The notes: a model not told the origin generated them from the sequence alone. A DNA stretch of 64,000 nucleotides from Camelus dromedarius (GCF_036321535.1 NC_087436.1:120530001-120594000), one strand, 5' to 3'. Numbered from the stretch's first letter, positions 13,491 to 26,092 are shown. Numbers and translations are program-made.

Positions 13491-13922
13491 ATGGATTTTC
13501 TTCTCTCCTGAGAGCTCCCTCTCCCATCCAAAAAGTCCTGGAGACTAAGGATGTTGGAATGAGTCTGGGGGTGGGGGAAGTGGTTCCCTTCAGCACCCAG
13601 CCCGCCCAGAGAAAGGGTCCTGGATGAGCTTCTGCAGCTCCGGGCCCGGAGAGGCCGCAACAGCCTCAGGCAGGCAGGAGATGGGCTGGCCGCCCGCCCC
13701 AGGCCCCTCTGCTGGCCAAAACTCCACTTGTGACCTAGGAAGAGCCCCAAGTCAACTTCACATCAGAACTCCTGGAGCCCCTCGGGCCTGCTGCCAGAGC
13801 CCGGGGTGAGCAGGGGTGGGTGGTGGGCTGGGAGCTGGGGTCTGTGCCGGGTGTCCGTGCGATGCCAGCGTGACCTCTAGGAGGACGGAGAGTCTCTCCC
13901 AGATGATCCTCGGCCAGCGCTT

Positions 13923-14088
13923 CAGAGGTTCTCAACGGTGGCAGCCCTGACATTTGGGGCTGATAATTTTTCCAGGGTGTGTGGGGGGCCGTCCTGGGCA
14001 CTATGGGGCGTTTAACCGTATCCCTGGTCTGTATCCCTAGAAGCCAGAAGCAGCACTGCCCCGAGCTGCGATGAAAATGTCTCCAGAC
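13923..14088 (+). mobile_element. MER20-like hAT relic
   Basis: CAGAGGTTCTCAAC...GACATTTGGGGCTGATAATT...AAAATGTCTCCAGAC. Confidence 0.7.
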
Positions 14089-14110
14089 TTGGGGTACACC
14101 CAGCCCCTAC

Positions 14111-14254
14111 CTGCACGACAAAGGGGTGCAGCCCGTGGCACTGGCCCCCCGGTGTGTACAGCTGAGCGAAGAGCACAGTGTGCGTAGCGGTCTTGCCCAT
14201 GTTGCCGACCCAGAACTTGGCAGCTTCGAAATCAGGGGAGTGTAGGATGAACTC
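14111..14254 (-). CDS. ACOX3: ACOX3 exon 6
   Basis: [25 protein letters not shown]...HGLHPFVVQ; 144 nt, AG/GT. Confidence 0.96.
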
Positions 14255-14811
14255 CTGCACAAGGGAAAGAAGTTACAGTTACAGTTAGAGACTGGAGCAC
14301 ACACGGAACGTCTCTACCTCTTTGATACACTCGATTTTCTCTGCTCAAAACCTCTGAGGCAAGAGTAAGGACGGACTGAATATTGTGTCCTGGGTGGCCC
14401 AGGCCGTGGCGGGCAGGGAAAAGAAGGCGGGCAGCTGGCCCAGAGAGCCTGGCCGCAGGCAGGGGACGCAGACAGGCAGCTAGAAAGGGAACCTTCTCTA
14501 GTCTGTTCATTTTATAAAGCATGAGCAACTGGAACTGTTTACAAACCCAAGGCCAACAGGCTGCCTGGTAAACCAAGAAACAAATGTTACAAAATGATAC
14601 ATAGTGTCTTCACACAAATCCAAACCAGGAGAGATTTCCAGGTGGGAGTGGCTTCTGCCCTTTCTCTGCTGAGCTCCGGGTGACACATCCCTGTGTGCAC
14701 CTCACAGGGATACACGCGAATAGACGAGCTCTTCACTCCTGACAATGCTGTGTTTCATACGCTTGAGGCCTTGAGGCCCCAAGACCGGATGGATGGGAGG
14801 GGACCACCTAC

Positions 14812-14901
14812 CTCAGTAGTAGGGTCGTAGTGAGCAGTCGTCCGGATGGCCTTGGTGTTACTCCCGTGACTCAATTCGGTCAGAGCAAAACAGCCGAAAA
14901 T
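14812..14901 (-). CDS. ACOX3: ACOX3 exon 5
   Basis: [30 protein letters not shown] (acyl-CoA oxidase FAD-binding motif); TAG acceptor, GTAGGT donor; 90 nt. Confidence 0.96.
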
Positions 14902-15180
14902 CTAACGTGGAAGCACAAAATGCCATGAGGCGAGAAAGGCTCCTTCTGCACCTTCCTGGGGGGATCTGCCACCATCCTTCCTCTGCCGCCGACACCGCAG
15001 CTCAAAGGCCCCGATCTCACTGAGCCACTCTGCCGCACTGGGCGCCGCGCCTCCCAGCTGTGAGAGCGGCAGGCTGGACACGCGGACAGCGGCCCCGCCG
15101 AGTCAGCACCGCGGCAAGGACAGCTCCCAGGCAGCAGAAGGAAACCGCAGATCTAAGTTTTGATAAGAAAAAGCGAAGGG

Positions 15181-15360
15181 CAGCAAGGGAGCCATATTCA
15201 ATATCTTGTAGTAACATGGTGAAAAAGAATATGAAAACGAACACGTGAATGTTCACGTACGACTGAAGTATCGTGCTGTACGCCAGAAACTGACGCAATG
15301 TTGTAAACTGATCATACTTCAATAAAAATATGTATTTTAAAAAAAAGACAAAAAAAAAAA
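15181..15360 (+). mobile_element. Short 5'-truncated L1 3' end with poly(A) tail and probable TSD
   Basis: Same 3'UTR motif as about 13050-13180; flanks AAGAAAAAGCGAAGGG and AGGAAAAAGTGAGGGG. Confidence 0.7.
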
Positions 15361-15387
15361 AGGAAAAAGTGAGGGGCGCAGCGGGAT

Positions 15388-15492
15388 GGGGGAGGGCACA
15401 ACTCAGTGGTAGAGCGCGTGCTCAGTATGCACAAGGTCTTGGGTTCAGTCCCCAGCACCTCCATTAAAAAAAAGAAAAACAGAAAAAAAAAT
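15388..15492 (+). mobile_element. vic-1-like SINE
   Basis: A and B boxes, A-tail. Confidence 0.85.
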
Positions 15493-15714
15493 AAATGCCC
15501 ATTTGAAAAAAAAATTAAGAAAAAGATAAATTTCTACCCCACTGGGAATTTGGCATACCCTGGTTGAGTAAAGGACAGCTCTGGCTATCTGGCGAGAACC
15601 CTCAGAACACAAAATACCCAGAGCATCTCTCTTGGGGCCCCTCTTCTGCAAACTGCCCTTTCCACGCATCTCTAAGGAGGTGACCGAACAGGAAGCCATG
15701 ACTCACCAGCTTAC

Positions 15715-15789
15715 CTCCAAACTGAAGATCTTTGGGATATATTTGAAATGCCTTTCAGAACCAGAGCTGTAAATCGTGGATCCAAAAGT
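15715..15789 (-). CDS. ACOX3: ACOX3 exon 4
   Basis: TFGSTIYSSGSERHFKYIPKIFSLE; CAG acceptor, GTAAGC donor; 75 nt. Confidence 0.93.
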
Positions 15790-16216
15790 CTGGAAATAAA
15801 ATGCCACCACGAAAACAGGCGGAAGTCAGTAAGTGCTGTCCTGTGACTCCCCGCAGCTGTGCGCTCCACGCCCGCCCCGCGGTGGCTCCTCAGCGTCGTT
15901 GCCCCACACGGGCGAGGAACTCGGATTCCGAGGGGCTACCTAAGAGCGCTGGTGCCCAAGGCCCGGCGTCTCCTGAGACACGGCCGCCTGGCCTGGAGCT
16001 TACGGAGTGGCAAGACCTGGGTCCTCGTCCCAAGCAGTTTATGTGAGTTAAACAGAACCGAGTGGATCCGTGAACAGCAAGGAGATGGGGGTGGGGTTGG
16101 GGGTGAGGTGCAGGAAGGGCAGAGAGCCCACCTCTCCCTCAGACGGCACCAGGACAAGGCTGTCCCCCTGTGTGTCAGAGGGCGGGAACACAGGCCTCAC
16201 CTTGGCCCTAATTTCC

Positions 16217-16390
16217 TTTTCTTTTTTTTTTTTTGTCTTTATTTTTTTACTTTTATTTTTTAAAATTTTGTAGGGGGGAGGTAATTAAGTTTATTCATTG
16301 ATTTATTTTTAGAGGAGGTCCTGGGGATTGAACCCAGGACCTTGTGCATGCTCAGCAAGTGCTCTGCCACTTAAGCTATACCCAGCCCCC
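16217..16390 (-). mobile_element. vic-1-like SINE with extended tail
   Basis: Reverse GGGGATTGAACCCAGGACCTTGTGCATGCT, preceded by poly(T). Confidence 0.85.
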
Positions 16391-16749
16391 ACCTCGCTTT
16401 CTTTTCTGGGGCATAAGGACTTACGTGTGCGAATGTGCATCCAGAGCTGGGAAGACCTGGACTTCCACTAAGAGTCACAAGGTCTGCCCACTCGGCCTTA
16501 CCTCTGCTTTTGTTTCCTATAGTTTTTTAGAAATCTCTTTAAACAAACATCACCCAAATGTGTAAATCTCCCAAAACTTTAGAAGCATGGAAATGCTGAC
16601 AACATCCCAACCACAGAGGAAACCGTCTGCATCTCACAGGCTGAGTGTGTTTGGTATCCTGGTTGTTCTGGTCCCTGGACAGACACTGTCTCGGCCTCGT
16701 GGCTCGGGGACAGTGAGGGCCCACACTTCTCTCCCAGGCGCTGACTCAC

Positions 16750-16983
16750 CAGGAGGTGCAGGAAGAATTTGGTGGCCAGGGACCAGTCGTACATGCCGAG
16801 GCACTCAACCAGCACCCGGATCCTCCAGGGGCTTCCCAGCACGTCCTCCATGGGGAGGAAGTCATATTCGAAGATCCGCTTGCAGCGCAGGAAGTTCAGC
16901 TCCTGGTACTTCTCCACTGAGAGATCACTTCCACGGGGATGCGCGAAGAGGGGGTCGCTCTCCAGAGCCGAGAAGACAGCGTT
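16750..16983 (-). CDS. ACOX3: ACOX3 exon 3
   Basis: [13 protein letters not shown]...[21 protein letters not shown] acceptor, GTGAGT donor; 234 nt, phase 0. Confidence 0.95.
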
Positions 16984-17094
16984 CTGGGAATGCAGGAGGC
17001 GGGGAAGGGCTAATTTGGAGGCAAAGGATGGGCTCTCACTACGCTCTTGCTTACACAGTTTTCTCAAGGCCACCGGCTACCTTGGACACACAGT

Positions 17095-17667
17095 CTAATG
17101 CAGAGATACAGGGACAGAGATGAAAGTCCATCCCAGAGAGGGAGGCAGGGAACCAGGGAATTGAAACCTGGACCTACTATTCAGAGACTCCTGTAAAGTT
17201 TAAAAGTAACTTCTAACTGACCTCAGAGAGCAAATGAATAATGGGAGCAGCCCCACTGGAGGAGCAGAAAGCCCTGACCTGACCTAGTCTCTGTGACCAC
17301 ATTGTTCCAGGGTCTTGCCGGCTCACCTAACCTGGGTCCTCATTACCTGATCTTGTTTTTGCGGAGTGTTTGTTCCACAGAGCAGAACAAACTGGAAAGC
17401 AAGTAGGAAAAGAGGAGCCGATGGAGGGAGACAAACAGCCAGAGAAGACGGATAAATGGACCCAGCGGGACCCTGAGAGCGGGAGTGCTTATACCCAGCT
17501 GCCTGGGCTGACAGCTCCCCGACTTAAGTGTCTTTTCCTCTTCTGAGCAATAAAGCAGCCTTCCACTTTGCTCCTTGGCCTCTGCTGAGAATTCTTTCTC
17601 AACCAGCAGGGAAGGGCCCACACTCTCTGTGGGGTTTCTAATCTGGGCTTCTCTCTATCCGCTAACA
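17095..17667 (+). mobile_element. Probable ERV LTR (5' end uncertain) in ACOX3 intron 2
   Basis: AATAAA at 17549 followed by a U5-like GAATTCTTTC; ends in TAACA; no clear TSD. Confidence 0.45.
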
Positions 17668-17887
17668 CAGTAGAGAGCAGAGGGCCCTGAGGCGTGGGAG
17701 GTCTAATCCATCCGTGTTCATCCATCCAGAGCTCCCAACAATTCCCCGGCACCGTCCAGAGGCTGAAAAGGAGAAAGGCCTGGGCAGGCCTAGGACTCAC
17801 CCCACCTTTTTGTAGATCCACAAGACGCCCCCCCAGACCCCACCCGCAGAGGTCCCCATGGGCAGCACTGCCCAGTCCCGGCCTCAC

Positions 17888-18031
17888 CTTAAAGCGCAGC
17901 ACATCCTCGCCCTCCAAGAACAGCGCCAGCTCCTTCCAGCAGAAGGAGGCGCGGGCACGGGCCGCGTGCAGGGGTCCCCGGGGCGGGTCTGGCAGCACCA
18001 GGACATCGCTCCCTTCCTCGGGGGGCGCCAT
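17888..18031 (-). CDS. ACOX3: ACOX3 first coding exon (exon 2; the exon starts at 18045 including 5'UTR)
   Basis: ATG at 18031; [51 protein letters not shown] acceptor, AAG|GTGAGG donor; 144 nt. Confidence 0.93.
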
Positions 18032-19109
18032 CGCTCCACGTCCACCTGCAGAGACACGCTCTGAGTCTGTGTGTGCCGCCCAGTCACACCCTCTGGGGCC
18101 ACGGCAGAAGCGCAGCGTGGTGCAAAGAAGAGACCAAGAAACCGATAGGCTCTGACTGCGAAGGGACAGTCGGAGGGAATTACCACCCAAGAGCTACCGT
18201 CCCCCTTCCCAGGATGGGACGGTGGGGCGAGCGTGCATGTTTTCACTCCTGAACAGAGGTGCCCAGGGCCTGGGCGAGAGCACAGGGCAGTCACGCAGCC
18301 GGTGCTGGGAAGCTCCAAGGAACACAGGCCGCAGTGAGCCCGGGCCACTGGGGAAGAGTCCAGGGCTCTGTGTGCTCCAGCCTGGCCTGAGGACACGCTC
18401 CTCTTCACTTGGGGCCAGCCAGGCCCACTGCCCAGGGAGCCTCACCCAAGAGTCTGCTCACCGGTCTGCTCTGGCCCCCCCAGAGTCCCCTTGAGCAGGT
18501 CTGGATGGGGGATGTCGGCCACAGACCCCATGTGTGACTCCACTTGGTGTAGGGGCATCTGGCTTCCCACTAAAGAGCAACCCAGCTCTCTTGCCCAAAG
18601 GATCATTCTGGGATTTTCTGAGCAGACTGGCTCTTTTGTACAGTGCCTGGGCCAGTGGAGGCGTGGACGGGAGAGGCTCGAGAATGCAGACCTGGAGGGA
18701 CACCAGGAGAGCAGAGTCCTGGGCATGGCCCCAGCTGAACCCTTTAAGGCCCACAGAACCTTTAAATCCTTCTAGTTGATTGTTAGAACAGGATGCCAGG
18801 CTCTGAGTACAATGGGTCAGGGCTGCTGACACACCATGGAGAAGTGGTCTCTTTCATGGTGAAGCATTTTTGTGTTCTGTGTGAGAGGGCACGACCGGGC
18901 GTCAGCTTATGTGTCAGGGGCCATGCCCTCGACAGACTGCAGTTTATTTCAGCCCCCGAATCGTGAGCCAAGTACTGCCATCCCTCCTGAAAGATGCGAG
19001 AGCCCAAGCTCAGAGAGGCTCGCTGTCTTCCTAGAGCGCCCACCACCGAGGAGTGGCAGAGAAGAGACCTGAACCCAGCAGTGTCTGACCTCAGGGCAAG
19101 CTCCTCAAA

Positions 19110-22090
19110 GCACCACTTCAAAGACACTAAGAAAGAAGCACGGACTAAACCAAGAGCCAAGCAGAAGGAAGAAGCTAAAAGGTCAGAGCAAAAAGCATGG
19201 AGCAGAAAAGAGACAATCAACAAAAACCAAAGTTGGCTCTTTGAAAAAGACTGACAAAATTGGGAACTTTTAGCTAGATTGACCCAGTTATAAAAAAAAA
19301 AAAGAGGGAAAAGGCAAATTACTAACATCAAGAACCAAAAAGGGACTATTACTACCGACCTTAAAGAAATAACAAGGATTCTAAGGGAATATTATCAACC
19401 ACGGCACACCAGCAAATCAGGAAATCTCCATGAAACGGACAAATGCCTGGAAAGAAACAAGCTACCAAAACTGACTCATGAAGAAACAGAAGATGTGAAG
19501 AGATCTACAGTGAGTAATGACATTGAGATCAGTCAGCTACCCACAAAGGAAAGCAGGCGGCTTCAGCTGTGAATTCTACCAAATATTTAAAGACATCAGT
19601 AATCTACAAACTCTTCCAAGAAAAACAAGAGGAAGGAACACATCCATAAAGGTTTCCATTAAGCCAGTTTTACCTTGAAATCAAAACCAAAGACATCACA
19701 AGAAAACTACAGACCAACATCTCTTGTGAACACATACAGAAAATTCTCAGCAAATCTTGCTGAGTGAATCCAGCAACGTACAAGAAAGATTCTATGCCAG
19801 GACCAACTGAGATTTATCCTAGGAATGTAAGGTTGATTCAACATTTGAAAATCAATTCACAGAATAAAGGACAAAAAAGCACATGATCATACCAACAGAT
19901 GCAGAAAAGCATTTGTCAAAATCAAACACCCTTTCATGATAAAAACTCAACAAACGAGAAATAGTTTAATAAAACTGACCCAATAAAAGGCATCTACAAA
20001 AACTCCATAGTTATCATTGTACTTAAGTACGAAAGACTGAATGCCGTGCCCCTGAGATCAGGAACAAGACAAGGATGTCTGTCTCTTCTCTTCAACACTG
20101 CTGGAGGTCCCAGCCAGTCAGCTGGGAAAGAAATTAAATAAAAGTTATTCTGATCGGCATCCTATCTCTATTCACAGATACTATGATTTTGCATATAGAA
20201 ATTCTGAGTAAGTCCACTAAAAAACTGGTAGAATTAATAAATCAGTTCAGCCAGTTTGTGGGGTACAAGATCAGTATGCAAAACTCAACTGACTGCTCTA
20301 CATCACCCATGAACAACTCAAAAGTGAAATTAAGAAAACAATTCCATTGGCAACAGCATCAAAAATAATAAATTACTTAGAAATAAATTCGACAAAAGAA
20401 GTGGAAAACTTATACTCTGACAACTATACAACATTTTTGAAAGAAAGCTAAGACCTAAATAAATGGAAAGACAATCCTTTGTTCATGGCTTGGGAGACGC
20501 AGTATTGTTAAAATGCCAGTATTTCCCAACACATCTACAGACCCCATGTTATCCCAGTCAAGGTTCCAGCTGGATTTTTTTTTTTTTGAGGGAATTAAAA
20601 AGCTGACCCTAAAAGTCATACAGAAATTCAAGAAACTCAGAATAGACAAAACCACTTAGAAAAAGAACAAAGTTGGAGGATTCAGACTTCTCTATTTCAA
20701 AACTTGCTACAAAATGACAGCAATGAAGACACAGTGGTATTGGCATAAAGACAGACATACTTAGATCAGTGGAATAGGATTGAGAGTCCAGCAACCAGCC
20801 ATCACGTGTAGGGTCAAAGCTTTCTGAGAGGGGTGCCAAGATAATCCGTGGGAGAAAAACAGTCCTTTCTGTTGGTGCCGGCGCAACTGAATACCCATGT
20901 GCAGAGGAATGCAGGTGAACTCTTTCCACACACATTCACAAAAATTAACTCAGAATGAATTGCAGATCTAAACGTAAGAGCTACAACTATAAAACTCCTA
21001 GAAGAAAATAAGGGAAAAATCTTTAAAATCTTACGCTAGGCAAAGCCTTCTTAGAGATGATCTCAAAAGCAAAAGCAACAGAAGAAAAATAATCAGTACA
21101 CTGGACTTCATCAAAATTAAAAAAATTTTCAGCAAAGAACACCATCAAGACAGTGAAAAAACCCAGAGGGTGAGGGAAGATATCTGCAAATCATATATTG
21201 ATAAGGGCCTTGTGCCCAAACTGCATGAAGAATCTTAACACCCAACAATAAAGCCAAATAACCTGATTTAAAAGGTTCAAATAGACATTTCTCCAAAGAT
21301 ATACAAGGGCCAATAAGCACCCAAAAAGATTCTCAACATCATTAGCCATCAGGGAAATGCAAATCAAAACCAGAGTAAGATACGACTTCCCATCCACTAG
21401 GATGGCCATGATTGTGAAGATAATTAATAACAAGCTTTGATAAGGATGTGGGGCAACTGGAACCCTTATACGTTACTGGTGGGAATGTAAAATGGTGCAG
21501 TGACTTTGGAAAAGTCTGGTAATTCTTCAAAAGCGTAAATACAGTTACCACATGACCCAGCAATTCTGCTCCTAGGTATAAATCCAAGAGAAATGAAAAA
21601 AAATATCTGCACAAAAGTTTGTATAAGGATGTTCACAGTAGCATTATTTACAACCCGAAGTAGAAACCGCCCGTACGTCCATCAGCAAAATGTAGTCTCT
21701 CCACACAGGGAAATATGATTGGCCACAGAAAGGAATAAACTACTGGCTTGTGCTACACTGTAGAGGAACCTTGCAAACACCATGCCGAGTGAAAGAAGTC
21801 AGACTTTTTGGTCACATGGTACATGATCCCGTTTAAGTGAAATGATCAGAAAGGGTAAATAGAGATAGAAAGTAGATTAGCAGCTGCCAGGAGCTGGGTT
21901 TGCGGGGTGATGAGAAGTGACTCCTAATGGGTCTAAGCTTCCTCCTGGACTGATGAAAATGCCCTGGGGTTAAGCAGCGGTATTACTGCACAACTCTGTG
22001 AGTATCTGAAAACCACTGAACCATACACTTCAGATGGGTAAACTGTGTGATGAGTTATATTTCAATAAAGCAGTTAAATTTTTAAAAAAC
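19110..22090 (+). mobile_element. Degenerate L1 (ORF2 and 3'UTR, L1M-type), antisense to ACOX3 in intron 1
   Basis: ORF2 remnants (INKNQSWLFEK, MILHIE...KKLVELINQFSQFVGYKI) with many stops; 3' AATAAA near 22064. Confidence 0.9.
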
Positions 22091-23194
22091 TTTTAAGTAA
22101 GGCACAGCTCTGAGCAGAGACCAAGTGCCCCCAAATGCAAGCTATGAAGTCCAAGGGAAACTGTCTCTTTCTGGACTTCCTGCACGTGGCCCCATCCCTG
22201 TTCCTCTCCTGCCCCCTCCCTCTGCTGCTCCTCCTGCGTCCCCCTCAGCCACTCTCGCTCTGCATCATCACGTCCCTTTAAATTGTCTCAGTGCACAGAG
22301 GGCTCCCAAATCCATGCTTCCAGACCCATGTGTTCATTGGCAGTTTCCTGAACACCCCTCCCCTCTCACATTCTGGAGGTCCTCAGACTCTGAAAGTTCA
22401 GCACTGCTCCCCCTGCCCATACTGTCATCCTGCAGGTCTAGTTCAATGCCACCAGTGACCCAAGGTTAGTCACGCTATAAACCCAAGTGTCACCCTGGAA
22501 CTCTCTCCTCCCTGGTGCCCCACAACCCAGTTAGTTACCAACACCCCTCACCACTGCACCTCTTTAATGTCGACTGAATCCCTTCATTTCTCGTTGCGCC
22601 TATTAAATCTATCCTAATAATCTCCAATCGTTGACCAAACAGTCATTGCGTGTGGTGAATATGTTAATCTCACACATGGCTAATCGAGATCAAGCAACTG
22701 ACTCATCAGCATGGCAGCCTCAAGCAGCCTCATCTTCCAGGCGAGGAAATGGAGCTTGCCAGTCAAGTAAACTGCCGCCCAAGGTCAAACGGCGGTTATC
22801 AGGCACGCCCCGCCCCAAATCCCAGTCCCCAAGCAGTCAAACGCCACCGGAGGTCACCAGCATCCCTGCATGACAGTCCAGCTGTTAAAACAAGGGCTTG
22901 AAGGCAGGCACCTGGTGTTGGATCCCAGTTTTAGAGCTAACCTGTTGGGCAAGCGCAGCAAAGTCACTTCACCAATCGGTGCCTCAGGGGAGATGACAAC
23001 ACGGTAATGCTGGTCAGGTATCTAGTTACCAGGCTGTGGCCATTAATTAACAGGGCCGTGCGGAGCAGGTCCCAGCATGGAACGTCCATATCATTACTGT
23101 GGTAATTGCCGCTTTCAGACAATTGTAGACGCGGTCCTAACACGCAGAGCCAACGGTTCTCCCTTTAGGTGACAGCTGTCTGGTGATCTCAGGG

Positions 23195-24278
23195 TGAGAC
23201 AGGAAGGGGGCAGGGCATAGCCATTCAAGGACTGCCACAGCAATTAACATCAAAATGGTGAAGGATTCAACCCCCAGGAGGCCTTGAGGCTCAGGATGAA
23301 GAGATTTAACTTCTAGCAGATCTTGAGCTTCATTATACGCCCCCTGTAATGTAAGCATGGTGAATAGCATGCCCACAGGCGCCAAGGCAGTCCCAGGGCT
23401 AGCCATGTGAAGGAAAAACCGGGCTGGTCTGACAAGATAACTCATAAGTCTAGGAATGTGAAGGAGAGGCTGGGCTAGGCTAACAAGTCTAAGTATTGGA
23501 GTACTGATCTGAGTTCTGCTGGACTAACTTGTAAATCTAGGTTAATTAGTGTTGGTTTGCTGTTCATGTTTTTTTGCTAGCCAGCTGGATTTTCAAAGAT
23601 ACATATCTGGCTTTGGAATGTTGGTTTGCTGCCTCCCCGCCTCCACTTTTGTGATGCTGCTGCTGCTAAAGCTGTTCCATGCCTATTGGCTGAATACCCC
23701 AAGCTTGTACTTTACCCTATAAAACCTCATGTGCACGTCTTGGAGGCGCTCAGAGCTTTGGAGCAGAAGCCCCTCTGAGCCCGCCGGCATAATACATCTG
23801 AGTACTCCAACCCTCCGAGTGGTGCTTGTTTCTTGACTGGCCTGTCGTTTCCGTAACAGCCACAGAGGGTCAGAGTGGGAAATGGACAACTTCTTGGGAA
23901 TCCCAGCCCCTTCCCCAGGCTACTTACACTGGTCCTTCCACTTACTGGCATATGAAGCCACCGAGCCCATAAAAACCGGCAATATGGTGCCTCGAGGGCC
24001 ACTGCCCCCTCTTTCTCCCTCTTCGGAGACGGCCCACACTGTCTATGGAGTGTGTACTTACTTTTAATCTGAGCACCCAACCCCCACACCTCGTGGCTTT
24101 TGTCTTGCCTTTCAATGTATCCCTCTGAATAAACCCACCTTTACTCAACTGTGGCTCGCTCTTGAATTCTTTCCGGCACGAAGCCAAGGACCCACACTTG
24201 GCGGAGCACGTCCCAGGGGCTCAACCAAAGCCTGGGACACGGCCCTCCTCATGCCCCACATCCGTTTTTCCTGCATCA
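23195..24278 (+). mobile_element. ERV1-class solo LTR (host element)
   Basis: Termini TGAGACAGGAA...TTCCTGCATCA; AGGG 4-bp TSD at 23191-23194 and 24279-24282; CATAAAAA at 23968; AATAAA at 24128. Confidence 0.85.
23406..23858 (+). mobile_element. Second solo LTR nested inside the first
   Basis: Termini TGTGAAGGAAA...TTTCCGTAACA; GCCA 4-bp TSD at 23402-23405 and 23859-23862; ATTGG at 23685; TATAAAA at 23718; AATACA at 23791. Confidence 0.85.
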
Positions 24279-24321
24279 AGGGGACAATGTCCAAAGTCCT
24301 CAAAAAGTCTCACACATTTAC

Positions 24322-24700
24322 CTGCCCGGCAGCCGGCCCTCCCAGCCTCTGCGCCAGACACGAGTGTGCCCCGGGACCTTTGCACGAGCCGCCCCTGCGC
24401 CCCGAGGCAAACGCAGCTGGACCTTCGGACCTCGCAGTGTCGCCCCAGTGCCCAGCACACACAGCAAGTGCTCTACGGAGCTGGTCGGAGCAGCCAAGGC
24501 CCCGGGAAGAGGAACGCGCAGGCGCGGACAGGCCGGGTTATCTGCCCCGTCCCACCTCACCGCTGACGTCATCGAGGCGCGCCGCCCGCCACCCCCCCCC
24601 CACTCCCCCACACCCCGTCGCCTGGGAAACGCAGGAAGCCTCTGCGCTCAAAGGCCACAGGAGCCTGCGAGCGGGTGGCGGGCAGTGGAGACACGGAACA
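24322..24700 (-). promoter_or_regulatory. Second CpG-rich promoter-like element and possible alternative ACOX3 first exon
   Basis: CpG cluster; full CRE TGACGTCA at 24564-24571; GC boxes; minus-strand CAG|GTAAAT donor at 24322/24321. Confidence 0.5.
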
Positions 24701-24924
24701 TTCCCACCCTCACGGGAAGTTCTACAGGATAGCACTATCCTGAGACCACTCCCAACCCCAAGCCACGGTTTGGGACCTCAACCTAAGCCTGGATCTTGCC
24801 AGCTTTCGCCCAGCAGCGTCTGCTCAGGGCCCTGCTTCTCCCGGGGACAGTCCTGACAGCCCTGCTATCCGCACAGCTCTCTGACACGCTGCCTTCGCCT
24901 GGAGACCTGTCCACTCAGAAATTA

Positions 24925-25400
24925 TCATTGGGTGTCTCCTATGTGCCAAATACTAAGCTAGGGCTATGGACATAAACAAGCCAGACAGGGGTCCCGAACT
25001 TAGGACATTTATGTTCTAGAGGAAGGAGATAACACACAATGAAGTTTGGATAATTAGAAGAAAGCAAAACAGGGTAATAAGAGATGAAATGTCTGGGGGC
25101 TACTTGATTGGGGGGTCGGGAAGTCCTGTCTGAGGAGAGGACATTTAATCTGATTTCTTATTGGAAGAAGATAGGGAATGAGCATTCCAGGCAGAGGAAC
25201 AGGGCGGGAATGAGAGGAGTGACCTTCCCAGTTCCAAAAACAAGAAGCGCCCTATGGCAGGGGCTTAGTGGGTAAGGGGAAGGAGAATGACCTTGGAAAG
25301 GAAGGCATAAACTAGGTTGCGTGGGACACTGGAGGCAGGAGTCAAGAGATTAACTGTGTTCTTAATTTGGTGTGTGAGTTTCTGGCAAGAACTGGCATGA
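24925..25400 (-). mobile_element. L2 fragment
   Basis: L2-3'-like CCTATGTGCCAAATACT...GCATTCCAGGCAGAGGAACAG. Confidence 0.6.
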
Positions 25401-26092
25401 TCTTATGCAAGGATACCAGCCCACATTGAACTGGAATTTCCACCTCCCCCCTTAACACTGGCTTCTGAATTTATGATCTCTTACTCCAAAGACCTTGGCC
25501 TCTAGAGTTCTGCCCAGTGATCACTCTCCGCTCTGTCCATGTGACATGCAGCAGAGCTGCAGGGACCAAATCAGTCAGGACCAGGACAGGGGAAAATGTC
25601 ATGGCCCAGAAACAAAAAGGCCCAGAAGTATAAGGGCACAAAGTCTGAGAAGCTAGAGGCTTTTGAGGAATTGAGCTCATAATTAAATAAAACAGCACTC
25701 TTTCTATACATGAGAAACCGAGTGGATGGGTAACTTGCCTTGTTGCTGTTTTGATTACAGACATTACAGAACAAGCTGAATGAAAAAACAAAAGTACTTT
25801 GCACCCTGAGTTCAATGAAAATAAGCAAGAATGCCCAGTCTAACACCAGCCCACTAAGTCAGTGCCCAGTCCAATACCAACCCCCTAACGCTTTCCTATA
25901 TTTTGCAATATAGGAATTTTGCTTTCCTATAAATTGCAAACTCCCTAATGAAAAACATTGCTCTTGGCTTTGGTAATACCAAAGATTGTAGCTATGTGAT
26001 GACCTTTGTAGAGATGAGAATCATGGTGGGGGGGGGGGATTTTCTTCCCCTACAGTGAACAAACTATACCCTTTGAACTATACTATTAGTCC

